From Halorhodospira halophila SL1 (GTDB lineage Bacteria; Pseudomonadota; Gammaproteobacteria; Nitrococcales; Halorhodospiraceae): 32,000 nucleotides of DNA. The stretch lies in contig NC_008789.1 in assembly GCF_000015585.1 (NCBI RefSeq), positions 1,020,001 through 1,052,000 on the forward strand, given 5' to 3'. Position numbers and translations under genes: made by a program. The notes beneath the pieces were generated by a model that saw only the letters and a list, made by a program, of their open reading frames with translations, was not told the origin of the DNA and did no database searches. Positions 29,279 through 32,000 of the stretch are shown here, piece after piece. Within the stretch, counting starts at the first letter, position 1, and every line of letters starts with the position of its first letter.

Positions 29279-29722
29279 CTACCCCCGATCCGCGCGCAGC
29301 CGCACGACGATGTCCACGCCGGCGATCTGCTTACCTTCCGGGACCTGGACCTTGCGGCGGACCTCGTGCTCATCCACCTCCAGGTGGACGTCCTCGATCT
29401 TGCCGCTGTCCTCGTCGTAGAGGTGGTGGTGGGCCTCGGTCTTGGTGTCGAAGTAGGACTTGCCGGAGTGCACGATGACTTCGCGCAGCAGGCCGGCTTC
29501 CTTGAACTGGTTGAGGGTGTTGTAGACGGTGGCCAGCGAGACCTTGACCCCTTGCGCCGCGGCCTCCTCGTACAGGGATTCGGCGGTCACGTGGCGGTCC
29601 TCACCGGAGAACAAAAGTCCGGCCAGGGCCAGCCGCTGCTGGGTCGGGCGCAGCCCCACCGAGCGCAGATAGCCGGCACCCTGCCCTTCGCTGAGGATCG
29701 AATTGTCTCGGGTTTCCGTCAT
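29279..29722 (-). CDS. Fur-family transcriptional regulator, Cys-free and Irr-like
   Basis: GLRPTQQRLALAGLLF...HVTAESLYEEA...VSLATVYNTLNQFKEAGLLREV...YFDTKTEAHHHLYDEDSGKIEDV...VPEG..IAGVDIVVRLR. There is no cysteine anywhere, so no CxxC zinc site, and an HHH motif is present. The ATG at 29722 has an AAGGA SD. Confidence 0.85.
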   Translation of the reverse strand: MTETRDNSILSEGQGAGYLRSVGLRPTQQRLALAGLLFSGEDRHVTAESLYEEAAAQGVKVSLATVYNTLNQFKEAGLLREVIVHSGKSYFDTKTEAHHHLYDEDSGKIEDVHLEVDEHEVRRKVQVPEGKQIAGVDIVVRLRADRG

Positions 29723-29758
29723 TTCAGATCCTTGCCCGCTGGCGACTGTGCGCAAAAA

Positions 29759-29775
29759 CACAGAATTAGTCTAAT
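29759..29775. promoter_or_regulatory. ICE-like (Irr-box-like) imperfect motif overlapping a putative -10 of the Irr-like gene
   Basis: CACAGAA-TTA-GTCTAAT compared with the recalled ICE consensus TTTAGAA-N3-TTCTAAA matches at 9 of 14 specified positions. On the minus strand, TTGAGC (29792-29797), an 18-nt spacer and TAGACT (29768-29773) resemble a promoter, and the motif overlaps its -10. Confidence 0.25.
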
Positions 29776-29848
29776 GCAAAGCCGGCGCCCCGCTCAACCT
29801 CCCACCCCGTCTTCCCAACTGCGGCGAAAAGGTCGAGACTAGGCGCCC

Positions 29849-31267
29849 ATGGATGCCGCAGCCTGGATAGTCGCCGCCGCCAGCGTGCTCGCCGCGGTCG
29901 TCGGTCCGGTGGCCGCCGTGCACGCCCTGCTGACCAAGCGCGAGCCCCAGGTGGCAGCGGCGTGGATGGCCGTGTGTATCATCTTCCCCGTCGGCGGCGC
30001 CCTCTTCTACTACGTCTTCGGCATCAACCGCGTCGAGACCCGGGCCCGCAAGCTGGTGGCCGAGGAGCGCATCCCGCCCAGCCCCGGCCCGTCGATGGAG
30101 ACCCACAGCCCGTCGCTGGGGCCCGAGTACGCGGAGCAGATCCGCATCTCGGATGCCGTCACCGGACGGCCGCTGGAGTACGGCAACCGGGTCCAGTCGC
30201 TGCACAACGGCGAGCAGGCCTACCCGACCATGCTCGAGGCCATCGACGCCGCACAGCAGACCGTCTACCTGAGCACCTACATCTTCGAGACCAACACCAG
30301 CGGACGACAGTTCATCCGCGCCCTCACCGCCGCCCACCGCCGCGGCGTGGAGGTGCGGGTGCTCATCGACGGGGTGGGCGAGTTCTACTCCTGGCCCCGG
30401 GCCAGCCGGCTACTGCGCCGGACCGGAGTCCCGGTGGCCCGCTTCCTGCCACCGCGGCTATTGCCACCCCAACTCTCGATCAACCTGCGCAACCACCGCA
30501 AGCTTCTGGTGATCGATGGCCAGACCGGATTCACCGGCGGCATGAACCTCGGCGACCGCCACTTGCTTCAGTCCGACCGCGAGCACCGCGTGGCGGACAT
30601 CCACTTCCTGGTCGACGGCCCGGTGGTGCACCAGATGGAGCAGGTCTTCCTGGAGGACTGGGCGTTCACCACCGGCGAGGCCCGCGCCGCATCGCCGCCC
30701 GGCAAGCCCCACGTCGATGGCGCCCTGAGCCGGATCATCACCGACGGCCCCAATGAGGACCTGGACCGCCTGGTGATGACGCTGATCGGCGCCCTATCCG
30801 CGGCCCGCGAGGAGATCTGGCTCGTCACCCCGTATTTTTTACCCATGCGCTCGTTGATGACCGCCCTGGAGGCCGCAGCGCTGCGCGGGGTGGAGGTCAA
30901 CGTTCTGCTGCCCGCGCGAAACAACCTGCCCTTCGTCCACTGGGCCACGCGGCATATGCTCGGCGAGCTGATCCATTGGGGGGTGAACATCTATTACCAG
31001 CCCCCGCCCTTCGCCCACACCAAGCTGTTCGTCGTCGACCGACGCTACGCCCAAGTCGGCTCGGCGAACATGGACCCGCGCAGCCTGCGGCTGAACTTCG
31101 AGCTCAACGCCGAGTTCTACGACCGCGCCATTGCCGGCGAGATGGCTGCCGACTGCCAGCGCATCCGTGCCCACTCGCGCCGGATCAGCGAGGAGGAATT
31201 GCGCCAGCGCCCGCCCCTGGAGCGCGTTCGCGACGCTGCCTGCTGGCTCGCGTCACCCTACCTGTAG
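29849..31267 (+). CDS. cls: Cardiolipin synthase (PLD superfamily, two HKD motifs)
   Basis: N-terminal TM helices are followed by the first HKD, NHRKLLVIDGQTGFTGGMNLGD, and the second HKD, AHTKLFVVDRRYAQVGSANMDPRS. Confidence 0.93.
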   Translation: MDAAAWIVAAASVLAAVVGPVAAVHALLTKREPQVAAAWMAVCIIFPVGGALFYYVFGINRVETRARKLVAEERIPPSPGPSMETHSPSLGPEYAEQIRISDAVTGRPLEYGNRVQSLHNGEQAYPTMLEAIDAAQQTVYLSTYIFETNTSGRQFIRALTAAHRRGVEVRVLIDGVGEFYSWPRASRLLRRTGVPVARFLPPRLLPPQLSINLRNHRKLLVIDGQTGFTGGMNLGDRHLLQSDREHRVADIHFLVDGPVVHQMEQVFLEDWAFTTGEARAASPPGKPHVDGALSRIITDGPNEDLDRLVMTLIGALSAAREEIWLVTPYFLPMRSLMTALEAAALRGVEVNVLLPARNNLPFVHWATRHMLGELIHWGVNIYYQPPPFAHTKLFVVDRRYAQVGSANMDPRSLRLNFELNAEFYDRAIAGEMAADCQRIRAHSRRISEEELRQRPPLERVRDAACWLASPYL

Positions 31268-31274
31268 GGGCATA

Positions 31275-32000
31275 ATGCCGGCCATGTCCAAAACCTCAGC
31301 ACACCCGCTGGCCGAAGCACTGCGCGCCCGCCTGGGCGCCGCGGACGTGCTGACCGAGCCGGCGCGGATCGCCCCCTACATGACCGAGCAGCGCGGCCAG
31401 TTCCCCGGCCAGGGGCGCTTGGTGGCCCGTCCCGCCGACACCGACGAAGTCGCGGCTACCGTGACCCTATGCCGTCAACACGGGGCCACCGTGGTGGCGC
31501 AGTCCGGGAACACCGGTACCGTCGGCGGCGGCTCCCCCCGGCACGGTGACGAGGTCGTGTTGAGCCTGGAGCGAATGCAGCGCATCCGCAGCCTCGACGC
31601 CGACGACGGCCTGCTGATTGCCGAGGCCGGCTGCACCCTGGCCGATCTGCAGGAGGCCGCCGCCGCGGCCCAGCGCTTTTTCCCGCTGAGCCTGGCCTCC
31701 GAGGCGCAGTGCCGGATCGGCGGCAACCTGGCGACCAACGCCGGTGGGCTGAATGTGCTGCGCTACGGCAACGCCCGCAACCTCACCCTGGGCCTGGAGG
31801 TTGTCCTGGCCGACGGCCGCGTCTGGAGCGACCTGCGCGGGCTGCGCAAGGACAACAGCGGCTACGACCTGCGCGACCTGTTCATCGGCTCCGAGGGAAC
31901 ACTGGGCATCATCACCGCCGCCGCCCTGCGATTACTGCCGCCGCCGCGCAGCCGCCGTGTGGCGCTGCTCGCCCTGCCCCGTCTGGAGCCCGCCCTAGCG
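31275..32000 (+). CDS. FAD-binding oxidoreductase (GlcD / D-lactate or D-2-hydroxyacid dehydrogenase-like); the 3' end lies outside the window
   Basis: The frame is open from the ATG at 31275 (or the in-frame ATG at 31284) to the window end. It is missing from the ORF track because it has no stop. PCMH-type FAD motifs are VVAQSGNTGTVGGG, IGGNLATNAGG, KDNSGYDLRDLFIGSEGTLGIIT. Confidence 0.8.
   Translation, partial: MPAMSKTSAHPLAEALRARLGAADVLTEPARIAPYMTEQRGQFPGQGRLVARPADTDEVAATVTLCRQHGATVVAQSGNTGTVGGGSPRHGDEVVLSLERMQRIRSLDADDGLLIAEAGCTLADLQEAAAAAQRFFPLSLASEAQCRIGGNLATNAGGLNVLRYGNARNLTLGLEVVLADGRVWSDLRGLRKDNSGYDLRDLFIGSEGTLGIITAAALRLLPPPRSRRVALLALPRLEPALA

Noticed and set aside
29746-29763. CTGTG-N8-CACAG dyad upstream of the Irr-like gene, as a possible SOS box or Fur box
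   Set aside because: Read as CTGT/ACAG, the spacing is 10 nt. The similarity to the GATAATGATAATCATTATC Fur box is poor. It is more simply a small 5'-UTR hairpin.

Overview
This window is a very G+C-rich (about two-thirds or more G+C by eye), gene-dense stretch of core chromosome. The gene content and order look gammaproteobacterial, with Pseudomonas-like or Chromatiales/Ectothiorhodospiraceae-like synteny. That taxonomic call is inference only. I can support 38 protein-coding genes, two of them cut by the window edges, and nearly all are housekeeping. In order they are: a dihydroorotase tail, ybbN, an SLT transglycosylase, yggS-proC-yggT-yggU, and metX-metW. Next comes a SpeE-like/HDAC-like pair, a Pro/Gly-rich ORF, zapE, a PilZ gene, and a 56-aa ORF that falls below the ORF-track cutoff. 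These are followed by a PEBP/YbhB gene, a GGCT-like gene, the bioBFHCD operon on the minus strand, comF, and ubiC-ubiA. Then come recG-ridA-spoT-rpoZ (minus), hemW-rdgB-rph (minus), an Aer-type PAS chemoreceptor, yicC-gmk, a Cys-free Irr-like Fur-family regulator, cls, and the start of an FAD-linked oxidase. I found no rRNA, tRNA, CRISPR array, transposase, integrase or recognisable defence genes. Non-coding space is limited to a few gaps of 200 nt or less. I do not see a clear novel system. Four things deserve a second look. (1) An Irr-type regulator with an ICE-like half-palindrome over its own putative -10, in a gamma-like context. (2) A PilZ receptor translationally coupled to an untracked 56-aa charged ORF. 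(3) A tightly packed same-strand array linking polyamine-type enzymes, a disordered ORF, ZapE and PilZ. (4) Interleaved inverted repeats in the metX leader. The many long ORFs antisense to real genes, including one of 1545 codons, are codon-bias shadows.
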